Shown: positions 30,578-38,575 of the stretch, piece after piece | How the letters are laid out: each line of letters opens with the position of its first letter | Numbering within the stretch: position 1 is the stretch's first letter | Source of the DNA: a virus | DNA length: 64,000 nt | IMG/VR virus record: IMGVR_UViG_3300032291_002550 | Coordinates: 436-64,435 of that record | Reading direction: 5' to 3' (one strand) | Notes under the pieces: model-generated | The model's input: the letters and a program-made list of their open reading frames with translations, nothing else | The model's database searches: none | What the model was told of the DNA's origin: nothing | Made by a program: the position numbers and the translations under genes

Positions 30578-31315
30578 TGTCGTGCCATTGTTAAGAGTGA
30601 CGGTATGTGGACACGAAATGGTAAGCCTATTATATCTGCTCCGCATATATTTGAATGTCTTAAGCCGTTATTTGAAATTAATCCAGATCTTATTTTTGAC
30701 GGGGAACTTTATGCTGATAAATTTGCTAACGATTTTAATGCTATATGTTCATTAGTAAAGAAAACTAAACCAACAGCCGAAGATATTAACGAATCAAAGG
30801 AAAAGATTCAGTATCATGTATATGATTTACCGAGCTTTAATGCCACATTTGTTCCAAGATTCCAACATCTTCATAAAATGCTTACAAATTATCACCCGTC
30901 TATTGTTGTTGTACAAACAGAACAAGTAGACAATTTTAATGATGTAGATGCGTTCTACGAAGATTATATTTCTTTGGGATATGAAGGTCAAATGATACGA
31001 TTAGACGCTCAATATGAACATAAAAGAACAAAGTCTTTATTAAAGAATAAGTCCTTTATAGATGAAGAATATACGATCATTGATATTGAAGAAGGTAATG
31101 GAAACAAAGCCGGAATGGTAGGTTCTTTTGTATTTAAGAATGCTAATGGCAAAATATTCAATGCTTCTCCTAAGTTTAACTGGGGCATATGCCAACGAAT
31201 GTTAAACGATAGAGAATTATTAATCGGAAAAGAAGCTACGATTAAGTATTTTAATTTAACACCAGATAATATACCTAGATTTCCGTACGTAATAGCGATA
31301 CGAGATTACGAATAA
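30464..31315 (+). CDS. lig: Split intein C-terminal half fused to the DNA ligase C-terminal fragment (C-extein)
   Basis: After ...ILVHN, the extein CRAIVKSDG completes motif I KxDGxR. It is followed by motif III LIFDGELYA, motif IV EGQMIRLD and motif V LLKNKS. Confidence 0.8.
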   Translation: MKKYIKITKITKIDPEVKYDLEIQDNHNYFANDILVHNCRAIVKSDGMWTRNGKPIISAPHIFECLKPLFEINPDLIFDGELYADKFANDFNAICSLVKKTKPTAEDINESKEKIQYHVYDLPSFNATFVPRFQHLHKMLTNYHPSIVVVQTEQVDNFNDVDAFYEDYISLGYEGQMIRLDAQYEHKRTKSLLKNKSFIDEEYTIIDIEEGNGNKAGMVGSFVFKNANGKIFNASPKFNWGICQRMLNDRELLIGKEATIKYFNLTPDNIPRFPYVIAIRDYE

Positions 31316-31332
31316 AAAAACTTAAAAAAAGA

Positions 31333-31378
31333 TTAGGAAATATGAAATGTTTTCCTTATCTTTAAGTATATTAAAAAT
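31333..31378 (+). promoter_or_regulatory. Conserved intergenic element, copy 3
   Basis: ttaggaaatatgaaatgttttccttatctttaagtatattaaaaatt. Confidence 0.6.
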
Positions 31379-31389
31379 TAAAATTAGTT

Positions 31390-31587
31390 ATGATGAAATT
31401 TTTCAGTTGGATTAAAAACGACCCTTTCCTTAAAGGAATTCTACAAATAGCTTGTAATATTACTTTACTAGAATATGTTATTTTACCGATGCTTAATATG
31501 TCCAGTACAATATTATTCTTTCTAGGTATGTTATTAATATATCTCTTAATTGTAGTTAATATTCGAATCTTTAAAAAATTATACTAA
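31390..31587 (+). CDS. Small membrane protein
   Basis: 65 aa, hydrophobic. Confidence 0.4.
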   Translation: MMKFFSWIKNDPFLKGILQIACNITLLEYVILPMLNMSSTILFFLGMLLIYLLIVVNIRIFKKLY

Positions 31588-31601
31588 AAATAAAAACAAA
31601 A

Positions 31602-32429
31602 ATGAAAAATAAAATAAAATCAGTGTTAATGGTACTGGGTGCCATTTCACTACTTAGCTTAGGAAGTTGTTCACGTATTGACGCTGGACATGTAGGTATG
31701 AAAGTTTCTTACTTTGGAGATGACAAAGGAGTAAATGACATTGTGTATGTTACGGGGTGGACATTTTACAATCCTCTTACATCAACAGTTATTGAGTGGC
31801 CAACATTCGTTAGACACGTTGAGTATGTAGGAGAGCATGGGTTCGTTGTAAATTCAAAAGACGGAAGCGAATTTGCCGTAAATCCTATTATCAATTATAG
31901 TATCGTGCCGGATAAAGCTCCAGATATCTATAGAAAATATCGTAAAGATTTAGGTGATCTCGAAATAGCATTTTTAAAGACAACAGTCCAGGACGTATTT
32001 CGTGTCGCTGCTAATGAATTTAATGCAGATAGTTTAATAAGTAATAGACAAAGATTCGAGACGTTAGTAATGAAGGACTTACATAGTCGATTAACTTCGG
32101 AAGGATTCATGGTTCAGCAATTAACAAGTAACTTAGTTTATCCAGAATCATTTAAGAATGCGATTAATGCTAAGAATAATGCAGTACAGCAAGCTCTTCA
32201 GGCCGAGAATCAAGTAAAAACGGCAGAAGCTCAAGCTAAAATTAAAGTGGCTCAAGCAGACGGTGAAGCTCAAGCAATGTTAACGACCGCTCGCGCTGAA
32301 GCAGAAGCTAATAGATTAAGACAAACAACCTTAACAGAGAATTTATTACAGCAACAGTTTATTAATAAATGGGATGGTGTATTGCCTGTATATGGCCAAG
32401 TACCAACCTTATTTAAATCTATTCAGTAA
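31602..32429 (+). CDS. SPFH/band-7 (prohibitin/HflC-like) lipoprotein
   Basis: Lipobox LSLGSC. SPFH core with a C-terminal Ala/Gln-rich coiled coil (AEAQAKIKVAQADGEAQAMLTTARAEAEANRL). Confidence 0.7.
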   Translation: MKNKIKSVLMVLGAISLLSLGSCSRIDAGHVGMKVSYFGDDKGVNDIVYVTGWTFYNPLTSTVIEWPTFVRHVEYVGEHGFVVNSKDGSEFAVNPIINYSIVPDKAPDIYRKYRKDLGDLEIAFLKTTVQDVFRVAANEFNADSLISNRQRFETLVMKDLHSRLTSEGFMVQQLTSNLVYPESFKNAINAKNNAVQQALQAENQVKTAEAQAKIKVAQADGEAQAMLTTARAEAEANRLRQTTLTENLLQQQFINKWDGVLPVYGQVPTLFKSIQ

Positions 32430-32440
32430 TAAAACGGATA

Positions 32441-32513
32441 ACTCAGATGGCGTAATTGGTAACGCGCCCGTCCTGGAGATGGGAAGATATAGGTTCGAAT
32501 CCTATTCTGAGTT
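32441..32513 (+). tRNA. tRNA (73 nt). Anticodon loop CCUGGAG, so Pro(UGG) in the canonical register, but position 33 is C
   Basis: Hand-folded. Acceptor actcaga/tctgagt, D-stem gcgt/acgc, anticodon stem cccgt/atggg, T-arm atagg-ttcgaat-cctat. No encoded CCA. Confidence 0.6.
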
Positions 32514-32547
32514 CAAAAAAAAAATAACTTGCAAGTTATTTTAAATA

Positions 32548-32668
32548 GTCAGGTGGCGGAAAGGTATTAGTAGTGGTGAACGAAAATATCGTGGTAGACG
32601 CTAGTTAACAGACAGAGAGATAAAAGGAATGGTTTACTCTCATACAGGTTCGAATCCTGTCCTGACTA
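32548..32668 (+). ncRNA. Atypical tRNA-like element (121 nt) with a canonical acceptor stem and T-arm but a non-tRNA interior
   Basis: Acceptor agtcagg/cctgact and T-arm acagg-ttcgaat-cctgt are perfect. I could not fold the ~85-nt interior into D or anticodon arms. Confidence 0.35.
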
Positions 32669-32682
32669 CTAAAAAGAAAGTT

Positions 32683-32838
32683 ATGTCATCAGAAACAAAA
32701 AAAAGAAAGTCAGATAAAAAATTACATTGGGGTCGAGGTAGACATTTCATGAAATGGGTAGGTAAGGGCATAAAAGGACTTACTTATTTTACATCGTCTC
32801 AAAGACGAATAAATAATAAAATTGACTTAGAAGATTAA
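32683..32838 (+). CDS. Small basic protein (51 aa). Track ORF 32629..32838 trimmed to the aagttATG start
   Basis: MSSETKKRKSDKKLHWGRGRHF..., preceded by the conserved aagttATG context. The N-terminal part of the track ORF overlaps the tRNA-like element. Confidence 0.3.
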   Translation: MSSETKKRKSDKKLHWGRGRHFMKWVGKGIKGLTYFTSSQRRINNKIDLED

Positions 32839-32843
32839 AATAT

Positions 32844-32935
32844 AGTCAGGGGGTAATATAGGCAGCTACCCATCCGGAGTGGGGTGAGTTAAGAAGTGGG
32901 TTTCTTAAATGCAGGTTCGAATCCTGCCCTGACTG
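32844..32935 (+). ncRNA. Atypical tRNA-like element (92 nt), paralogous to the 32548..32668 element
   Basis: Same acceptor agtcagg/cctgact, and T-arm gcagg-ttcgaat-cctgc. The interior holds a 7-bp hairpin ttaagaa-gtgggt-ttcttaa and a possible tccggag loop, but no clean cloverleaf. Confidence 0.35.
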
Positions 32936-32949
32936 CAAAAATTAAAAGT

Positions 32950-33525
32950 ATGAAAGTAATATTCTTAGATATAGACGGCGTTCTTAATTGTCAAGATGCA
33001 TATCATAATAATGAATGTAAATATGTTGATTTTACATTAAATGATGTTGAAGACTTTTATCAGACATTTTGTTCTTGGAGTAAAATGTGGTTGAATAAAT
33101 TAATTGATGAGACTGGAGCTAAAATAGTAATATCTTCTACTTGGAGACATTCAGGTATTGATTTCATGAAAAAAGTTTGGGAATTAGAAGAAATGAGTGG
33201 CGAGATAATTGGGTTGACTCCTCACTTAAAAAGAGCCGATAACTATACTATACCTCGTGGATGTGAAATTGATTTTTACTTAAACAATACATTAAACTTT
33301 AGCCATATCAATTGGGATAAAACTATACAACAAGAATATATGTATAAATCAGGTATTGAAAACTATATTATAATTGATGATGATTCTGATATGTTGTATG
33401 GTCAAAGACATCATTTTATAAATGTATTACCTTCTCCAAGAAACACAAAAGGATTTAATGAAGAACATTATAAACTTGGAATGGAGATGTTAAGTAAAAC
33501 AGTAATTGATTTAAATTATGAATAA
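32950..33525 (+). CDS. HAD-superfamily hydrolase (nucleotidase-like). Start corrected from the track ORF
   Basis: HAD motif I FLDIDGVLN and ISSTWR. The track ORF's N-terminus overlaps the tRNA-like element. The ATG at 32950 has an aaagtATG context. Confidence 0.6.
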   Translation: MKVIFLDIDGVLNCQDAYHNNECKYVDFTLNDVEDFYQTFCSWSKMWLNKLIDETGAKIVISSTWRHSGIDFMKKVWELEEMSGEIIGLTPHLKRADNYTIPRGCEIDFYLNNTLNFSHINWDKTIQQEYMYKSGIENYIIIDDDSDMLYGQRHHFINVLPSPRNTKGFNEEHYKLGMEMLSKTVIDLNYE

Positions 33526-33925
33526 AGAATTTATCCCTTACGAAGAAGCATTAGCTTTAAAAGAATTAGGATTTGACGAACCTTGTTTTGGATATTTTTA
33601 TCATGAAAATATGTTTACAAAATGTCATCCAAATATTTACCACTCTAATACATTTACAGAATGTGATACGTATGAAGAAATACCACTAGATTCATGTAAA
33701 ACACCACTATATCAACAAGCATTTAGATGGTTTAGAAAGAAACATGGATTAAGTTCTTATGTGAGACTCATAAACTTGCAAGGCAAATCTTATTGGAAGA
33801 TTGATAAAGTCGAAACGGAAGATAAAATTAAAGGATATTCTTCTTTTGAAAATAGTTACGAAGGATCGGAGCTAGAATGTCTTAAAAAATTAATAGAGTT
33901 AATAACAATAAAAAATAATGAATAA
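33518..33925 (+). CDS. Hypothetical protein, tandem paralogue A
   Basis: MNKEFIPYEEALALKELGFDEPCFGYF...LECLKKLIELI, near-identical in layout to the next ORF. Confidence 0.5.
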   Translation: MNKEFIPYEEALALKELGFDEPCFGYFYHENMFTKCHPNIYHSNTFTECDTYEEIPLDSCKTPLYQQAFRWFRKKHGLSSYVRLINLQGKSYWKIDKVETEDKIKGYSSFENSYEGSELECLKKLIELITIKNNE

Positions 33926-34349
33926 AGAATTTGTACCATATGAACAAGCACTGGCTTTAAGAGATTTAGGATTTGACGAACCTTGTCTAGGGTATTTTGA
34001 TATACAATATAACGGTATTACTCAATCAAGTAGCGGTCGTTTAATTTTAGGTAAAGACCCCGATACATTGCAATGTACTAAAAAAATGCTATATATTCAT
34101 GGACAATTAAAAATTCTAGCGCCGACATATTCACAAGCATTTAAATGGGTTAAAGATAAGTATAGTTTATTCCACGAAATACAGATAGATAGGACAGCTG
34201 AGCCTAAATATTGGAATAATATATTCAAATATGAACATTTTGGAAATTATGAAGAACTTAGAGTAGGAGAATGGTTCTTACACAGAACTCAAGAAGACGC
34301 AGAGTTAGATTGTCTTAAAAAATTAATAGAAATAGTAAAAACAAAATAA
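33918..34349 (+). CDS. Hypothetical protein, tandem paralogue A'
   Basis: MNKEFVPYEQALALRDLGFDEPCLGYF...LDCLKKLIEIV. Confidence 0.5.
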   Translation: MNKEFVPYEQALALRDLGFDEPCLGYFDIQYNGITQSSSGRLILGKDPDTLQCTKKMLYIHGQLKILAPTYSQAFKWVKDKYSLFHEIQIDRTAEPKYWNNIFKYEHFGNYEELRVGEWFLHRTQEDAELDCLKKLIEIVKTK

Positions 34350-34350
34350 T

Positions 34351-34941
34351 ATGAAAGTAATATTCTTAGATAATGATGGCGTAATATGCCTAGCCCATAA
34401 TTGGGGTTCTAGATATAAAAAACGTGTTGCGGCAGATCGTAATCCGCACATGGATAGTAATTTACAAAATGTCGAATATCGTTTTGATAATTTTGATACT
34501 AAAGCAATTGAAGTATTAAATGAAATCTTAAAAAAGACTGATGCAGAAATAGTTGTTAGTTCTGATTGGAGATTACATGCAACCTTAGAGGAATTAGGTA
34601 AATATTACCTGTCTCAAGGTATTATTAAAGCGCCTATTGCTATTACTTCGAGGACTGAAGATATAGACCCCGGAGCATGGAATTTACTAAGATATAGAGC
34701 AGATCTGGAGCTAGAACGTTCGATTGAAATACTAGATTGGCTAGATAAACATCCTGAGGTAACGAATTGGGTTGCAGTTGATGATTTAAATATGTCCGTT
34801 AACTATTTATCAGGACTTTTTTCTAATAAAGATGAGTTAGATAAAAAGCCCGGATTGACAAATTTCGTTCATACTAAAAAATCTAGTGAAGGAATAAAAC
34901 AAGTGGGCATTAAGGATAAAATATTAAATTATTTGATATGA
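34351..34941 (+). CDS. HAD-superfamily hydrolase, paralogue of 32950..33525
   Basis: MKVIFLDNDGVI and SSDWR. Confidence 0.6.
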   Translation: MKVIFLDNDGVICLAHNWGSRYKKRVAADRNPHMDSNLQNVEYRFDNFDTKAIEVLNEILKKTDAEIVVSSDWRLHATLEELGKYYLSQGIIKAPIAITSRTEDIDPGAWNLLRYRADLELERSIEILDWLDKHPEVTNWVAVDDLNMSVNYLSGLFSNKDELDKKPGLTNFVHTKKSSEGIKQVGIKDKILNYLI

Positions 34942-35153
34942 CATACATTCTTACAATAATAATCGTATTACTTATAATATTGATTCCTTATGTAATAGGA
35001 AATACAATTTATATAAAATATGATGTAGATTATAATTTTATAGAAGCATGGCTGTTAGGTTCAGCTATAATAATGTTAACAATCAGTATTTGTATGTTAT
35101 TTTATTATATAGGAGTTATGTTTTTAAACGAACTTCGCGTGCAACTTAAATAA
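34938..35153 (+). CDS. Small membrane protein
   Basis: 71 aa with 2 TM. Confidence 0.4.
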   Translation: MTYILTIIIVLLIILIPYVIGNTIYIKYDVDYNFIEAWLLGSAIIMLTISICMLFYYIGVMFLNELRVQLK

Positions 35154-35157
35154 AAGA

Positions 35158-35200
35158 TTAGGAAATATGAAATGTTTTTATTATCTTTATGTAAATTAAA
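35158..35200 (+). promoter_or_regulatory. Conserved intergenic element, copy 4
   Basis: ttaggaaatatgaaatgtttttattatctttatgtaaattaaaaat. Confidence 0.55.
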
Positions 35201-35205
35201 AATAT

Positions 35206-35424
35206 ATGCAGCACGAAATTAATCTTTCATATACATTCGAAGAAATGGTTCGATTTTTAGAATCAAAAAAATATCTAATCTCCAGGCTTAATACAAGTTC
35301 TGGAGAATTATCATGGGCTCATAAATTTAATACTCCAGTACCTGATCCTGAAATGATTACGTATTCGAATATTAAAATGAAATTCGAGCAAGAATTTAGA
35401 ATACACTTATTAACAGTCAAATAA
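35206..35424 (+). CDS. Hypothetical protein
   Basis: 72-aa ORF directly after a copy of the conserved element. Confidence 0.45.
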   Translation: MQHEINLSYTFEEMVRFLESKKYLISRLNTSSGELSWAHKFNTPVPDPEMITYSNIKMKFEQEFRIHLLTVK

Positions 35425-35428
35425 TATT

Positions 35429-36223
35429 ATGAATAAAGAAAATAAAAAACTAGCCTTTAAAGGGTTTGATCGAGATTTAAAATGTAAAAATGTTCAATTC
35501 CGAATAGGAGATACGTTTACAACAGCTCATGCTAGCACTAATAAACCTCCAGCATTATGTTCAGCAGATGGTTATCATTATGGAATTACATTAAAAGATG
35601 TATTTGCTCATTATCCAGATAATAAAAGTAATCGTTTTTGTATTGTAGAAGTATCAGGGTTATATTCTGAAGATGGCCAAAAAGGTACAACGACATCTTT
35701 AAAGATAATTAGAGAATTATCAAAGGATGAAGTTATTAGACAAACGCTAGAAGAAAGTTTTGACTTAGAAACTTTAAAAGATATTCAAACACAATATCCT
35801 TTATGTCATGTAGGTGGAAGTATTGGATTATTTTTACATGGTGTTCGTTTAAAACGTTGGGCAGATAGTGGCTTATCTGATTTAGATTTAATCTTCCCTT
35901 ATTATATTGCTCCAGAAAGTACTGATAAATTAACATTAGATTTTTCAGCTGATAAAACATCTGGAAATGATTTTGATTATACGTTTTCCGTTAACGGAAT
36001 AAAGGTTGATGTAAAGATTGATAACATGCAGCGCTATGAATTAATTACATATAAGGGCTTTAAATATAAAGTAAGTCCTTTATTAACTATTCTTGAAGCA
36101 AAGATGAAATATGCCTTATTAGGACAATCAAAACATTCATCTGATATCAAAGAAATGATTTTGGGGCATAAAGAACCAAATATTATAGATATGAACTTAG
36201 ATGATCTTTTTTCTGGTTTATAA
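35429..36223 (+). CDS. Hypothetical protein
   Basis: 264-aa ORF. Confidence 0.45.
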   Translation: MNKENKKLAFKGFDRDLKCKNVQFRIGDTFTTAHASTNKPPALCSADGYHYGITLKDVFAHYPDNKSNRFCIVEVSGLYSEDGQKGTTTSLKIIRELSKDEVIRQTLEESFDLETLKDIQTQYPLCHVGGSIGLFLHGVRLKRWADSGLSDLDLIFPYYIAPESTDKLTLDFSADKTSGNDFDYTFSVNGIKVDVKIDNMQRYELITYKGFKYKVSPLLTILEAKMKYALLGQSKHSSDIKEMILGHKEPNIIDMNLDDLFSGL

Positions 36224-36225
36224 AT

Positions 36226-36723
36226 ATGAATAACGAACAACAAGAATTATTGGGTGATGCTTATGAAAATTGGTGTAAACAATTTGAAGTTGACCCGAAT
36301 AATTTTAATGGCGAAGAATTAGCGAATGGGCATAACGACCAATGCTGGGGTTATCCAATATTAGACCATGTTAAGCCTACATCAAAAGAATATAAAAGAG
36401 GACAAATAAATGCTTATTTAGAGGGTAAAGCCGAACAACCTTTTTTCTATTTAACACAAGAAGAATTTATCAACAAATGTAAAAACGATACAGAGTTCTC
36501 TGAAAGGTGGGGATTACAGATTGAAGAACGAGAGTTGAGTTTGGATGAAAGAGTTCATATTTTTAACTCAAAAATGATTAAGGAAGAAATTAGAACTCAA
36601 ATAGCAACGATTGGTATAGATAAGAGTTATTGGAAAAAATCATTAGAAGTAACTAAACATAATATACCAACACGCGCGGTCACAATAACATACAAAGATA
36701 AAAGTATAGAAAGTTATGAGTAA
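36226..36723 (+). CDS. Modular hypothetical protein containing peptide modules A and B that are also inserted into thymidylate synthase
   Basis: LTQEEFINKCKNDTEFSERWG (module A) then RELSLDER...NIPTRA (module B). Both recur in ORF 37330..38559 with ~80% DNA identity at the module ends. Confidence 0.5.
   Translation: MNNEQQELLGDAYENWCKQFEVDPNNFNGEELANGHNDQCWGYPILDHVKPTSKEYKRGQINAYLEGKAEQPFFYLTQEEFINKCKNDTEFSERWGLQIEERELSLDERVHIFNSKMIKEEIRTQIATIGIDKSYWKKSLEVTKHNIPTRAVTITYKDKSIESYE
36451..36513 (+). repeat. Module A, copy 0 (DNA repeat; the other copy is 37639..37701)
   Basis: ttaacacaagaagaatttatcaacaaatgtaaaaacgat... versus ttaacacaagaagaattcatcaacaaaatcaaaaccgat... Confidence 0.6.
36529..36678 (+). 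repeat. Module B, copy 0 (the other copies are 37951..38094 and 38287..38424)
   Basis: Conserved termini cgagagttgagtttggatgaaag ... aatataccaacacgcgcg. Confidence 0.6.
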
Positions 36724-36967
36724 AGTATATGTTAGATGGAATCCATTATATGAAAGAGTGGTATGTGTTCATTCGTCAGATGAATTAGAATGTGAAAAGT
36801 GCATTGAAGAACGAGAAAAAATAAAAAATACCCCATATACATTAAATGGTAAGTGGTTTGAAATTGATAGTAATAATAACCTATGTTATTGTGGAGATCC
36901 TGTTGATATGACTAATCCAGATTGTGTGGAATATAATTTATGTAAAGAACATTCAATGGATGTTTAA
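36716..36967 (+). CDS. Small Cys-rich protein
   Basis: 83 aa with CxxC-like pairs (CEKC, CYCG, C..C). Confidence 0.4.
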   Translation: MSKVYVRWNPLYERVVCVHSSDELECEKCIEEREKIKNTPYTLNGKWFEIDSNNNLCYCGDPVDMTNPDCVEYNLCKEHSMDV

Positions 36968-36994
36968 AATAAAAGAAAGTTATGAGTAAATAAA

Positions 36995-37291
36995 ATGAAT
37001 AATATACATAACGATTTAAATCATGTCTTAAATAAAGGTAATGGTATTGCATTAATTGTATCTATGGTAGAATGTCCTAAATGTGCTAAAGATATATGGT
37101 TAGAAATGGGAAGTCATTGTGGTTTTGACGCTAATTTAGATTTCGCAATTGACAATTATTGTTATGAGTGTTTTGAACCCATTAAATGTGTCTTTGACAT
37201 TGATGATATTAAAGACACCGGGTTTATCACTATATCAGATTATGGGAGTTTTACATCTAATAATTTTATAACAAATAAAAGTAAATTATGA
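36995..37291 (+). CDS. Small Cys-rich protein
   Basis: 98 aa with CPKC, CYEC. Confidence 0.4.
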   Translation: MNNIHNDLNHVLNKGNGIALIVSMVECPKCAKDIWLEMGSHCGFDANLDFAIDNYCYECFEPIKCVFDIDDIKDTGFITISDYGSFTSNNFITNKSKL

Positions 37292-37329
37292 GTGAAGAAA
37301 TAAAAGAAATATATTATAAAAAATAAAAG

Positions 37330-38559
37330 ATGAATAAATTAGATAAAGATTATTGTGACCTACTTCAAGATATTTTGGAAAATGGGACAAAAAAAGAAAC
37401 TCGTAATGGTGGAACTATAAGTGTTTTTGGTAGACAAATAAGACATAAAATGTCCGATGGATTTCCTTTGCTTACGACAAAGAAAATGTATATGAAAGGA
37501 ATTATAACTGAATTGTTATGGTTCTTACGTGGAGATACTAACATTAAATACTTAGTTGATAATAATTGTCATATTTGGGATGGTGATGCTTATAAGAATT
37601 ATTATAATAGAATGTGGAGTCTTAATCCTCTACCCAAGTTAACACAAGAAGAATTCATCAACAAAATCAAAACCGATGATGAGTTTGCTAATAAGTGGGG
37701 TGAGTTAGGACCAATTTATGGTAAGCAATGGAGAAGTTGGGAAACTAAGTATATTAAACCCAAAAGTCAATATGCGATTAAACCTAGTAATGGATGGCCA
37801 GATTCTATCAATATCGACCAAATCGCAAACCTAATCAACGACATTAAAACAAATCCAGACTCAAGACGATTAATGGTTAATGCTTGGAATGTGGGTGAAC
37901 TGGATTCGATGGTTCTTCCACCTTGTCATTATGGATTTCAAGTTTATACAAGAGAGTTGAGTTTAGAAGAGAGATGTGATGAATATATTAAAAGACACCC
38001 GAAAGAAACAAACGATGGAGTGTTAAATTACAAATGGATTGGTGATAATTTATGTACTCATGAAGATTACGATAAATGGAATATCCCAAAACGAGCAATC
38101 TCACTAATGTGGAATCAACGAAGCGTAGATACATTTTTAGGACTTCCTTTCAATATAGCATCTTACGGATTGTTGTTAGAAATCATTGCTAAGGCAGTTA
38201 ATATGGTTCCTGAAGAGTTAATTGGTAACTTAGGTGATACACATTTATATTTAAACCATATTGAACAAGCGAAGGAACAAATTGGGAGAGAATTAAGTTT
38301 AGATGAAAGGATTGATTTAGCATCATTAGATATACATTTCGATCCGTTTGATTTCGGCGTTGGTATGATATCTGCTGAGCATTCTCATAAAGTATGTGAT
38401 GATTATGGTATTCCAAAACGAACAAGACAACCTTATCCATTGCCAACATTAAGAATCTCTTCAGGTCCTTTAGATGATATTGCTCATCACGAAATTATGG
38501 ATTTTATATTAGAAAACTATCAATCACATCCATCAATTAAAGCTCCTTTGTCAAATTAA
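37330..38559 (+). CDS. thyA: Thymidylate synthase (ThyA) with three in-frame peptide-module insertions
   Basis: GELGPIYGKQWRSW, catalytic PPCH, DTFLGLPFNIASY (Asn conserved, so dUMP-specific), GDTHLY, C-terminal HPSIKAPL. 409 aa because of ~21-, 48- and 46-aa insertions. Confidence 0.85.
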   Translation: MNKLDKDYCDLLQDILENGTKKETRNGGTISVFGRQIRHKMSDGFPLLTTKKMYMKGIITELLWFLRGDTNIKYLVDNNCHIWDGDAYKNYYNRMWSLNPLPKLTQEEFINKIKTDDEFANKWGELGPIYGKQWRSWETKYIKPKSQYAIKPSNGWPDSINIDQIANLINDIKTNPDSRRLMVNAWNVGELDSMVLPPCHYGFQVYTRELSLEERCDEYIKRHPKETNDGVLNYKWIGDNLCTHEDYDKWNIPKRAISLMWNQRSVDTFLGLPFNIASYGLLLEIIAKAVNMVPEELIGNLGDTHLYLNHIEQAKEQIGRELSLDERIDLASLDIHFDPFDFGVGMISAEHSHKVCDDYGIPKRTRQPYPLPTLRISSGPLDDIAHHEIMDFILENYQSHPSIKAPLSN

Positions 38560-38575
38560 TAGATATTTATTATAA

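Noticed and set aside
32629-32949. N-terminal extensions of the track ORFs 32629..32838 and 32896..33525 (MVYSHTGSNPVLTT..., MGFLNAGSNPALTA...)
   Set aside because: The extensions are translations of the tRNA-like T-arm and acceptor sequence (GSNP = ggttcgaatcc). Starts were moved to 32683 and 32950.
37330-38559. Reading the ThyA homologue as a dCMP or dUMP hydroxymethylase (T4 gp42-like)
   Set aside because: The specificity residue in PFNIASY is Asn, as in thymidylate synthases, and not Asp as in dCMP hydroxymethylases. The extra length comes from the repeated modules, not from an HMase-specific domain.
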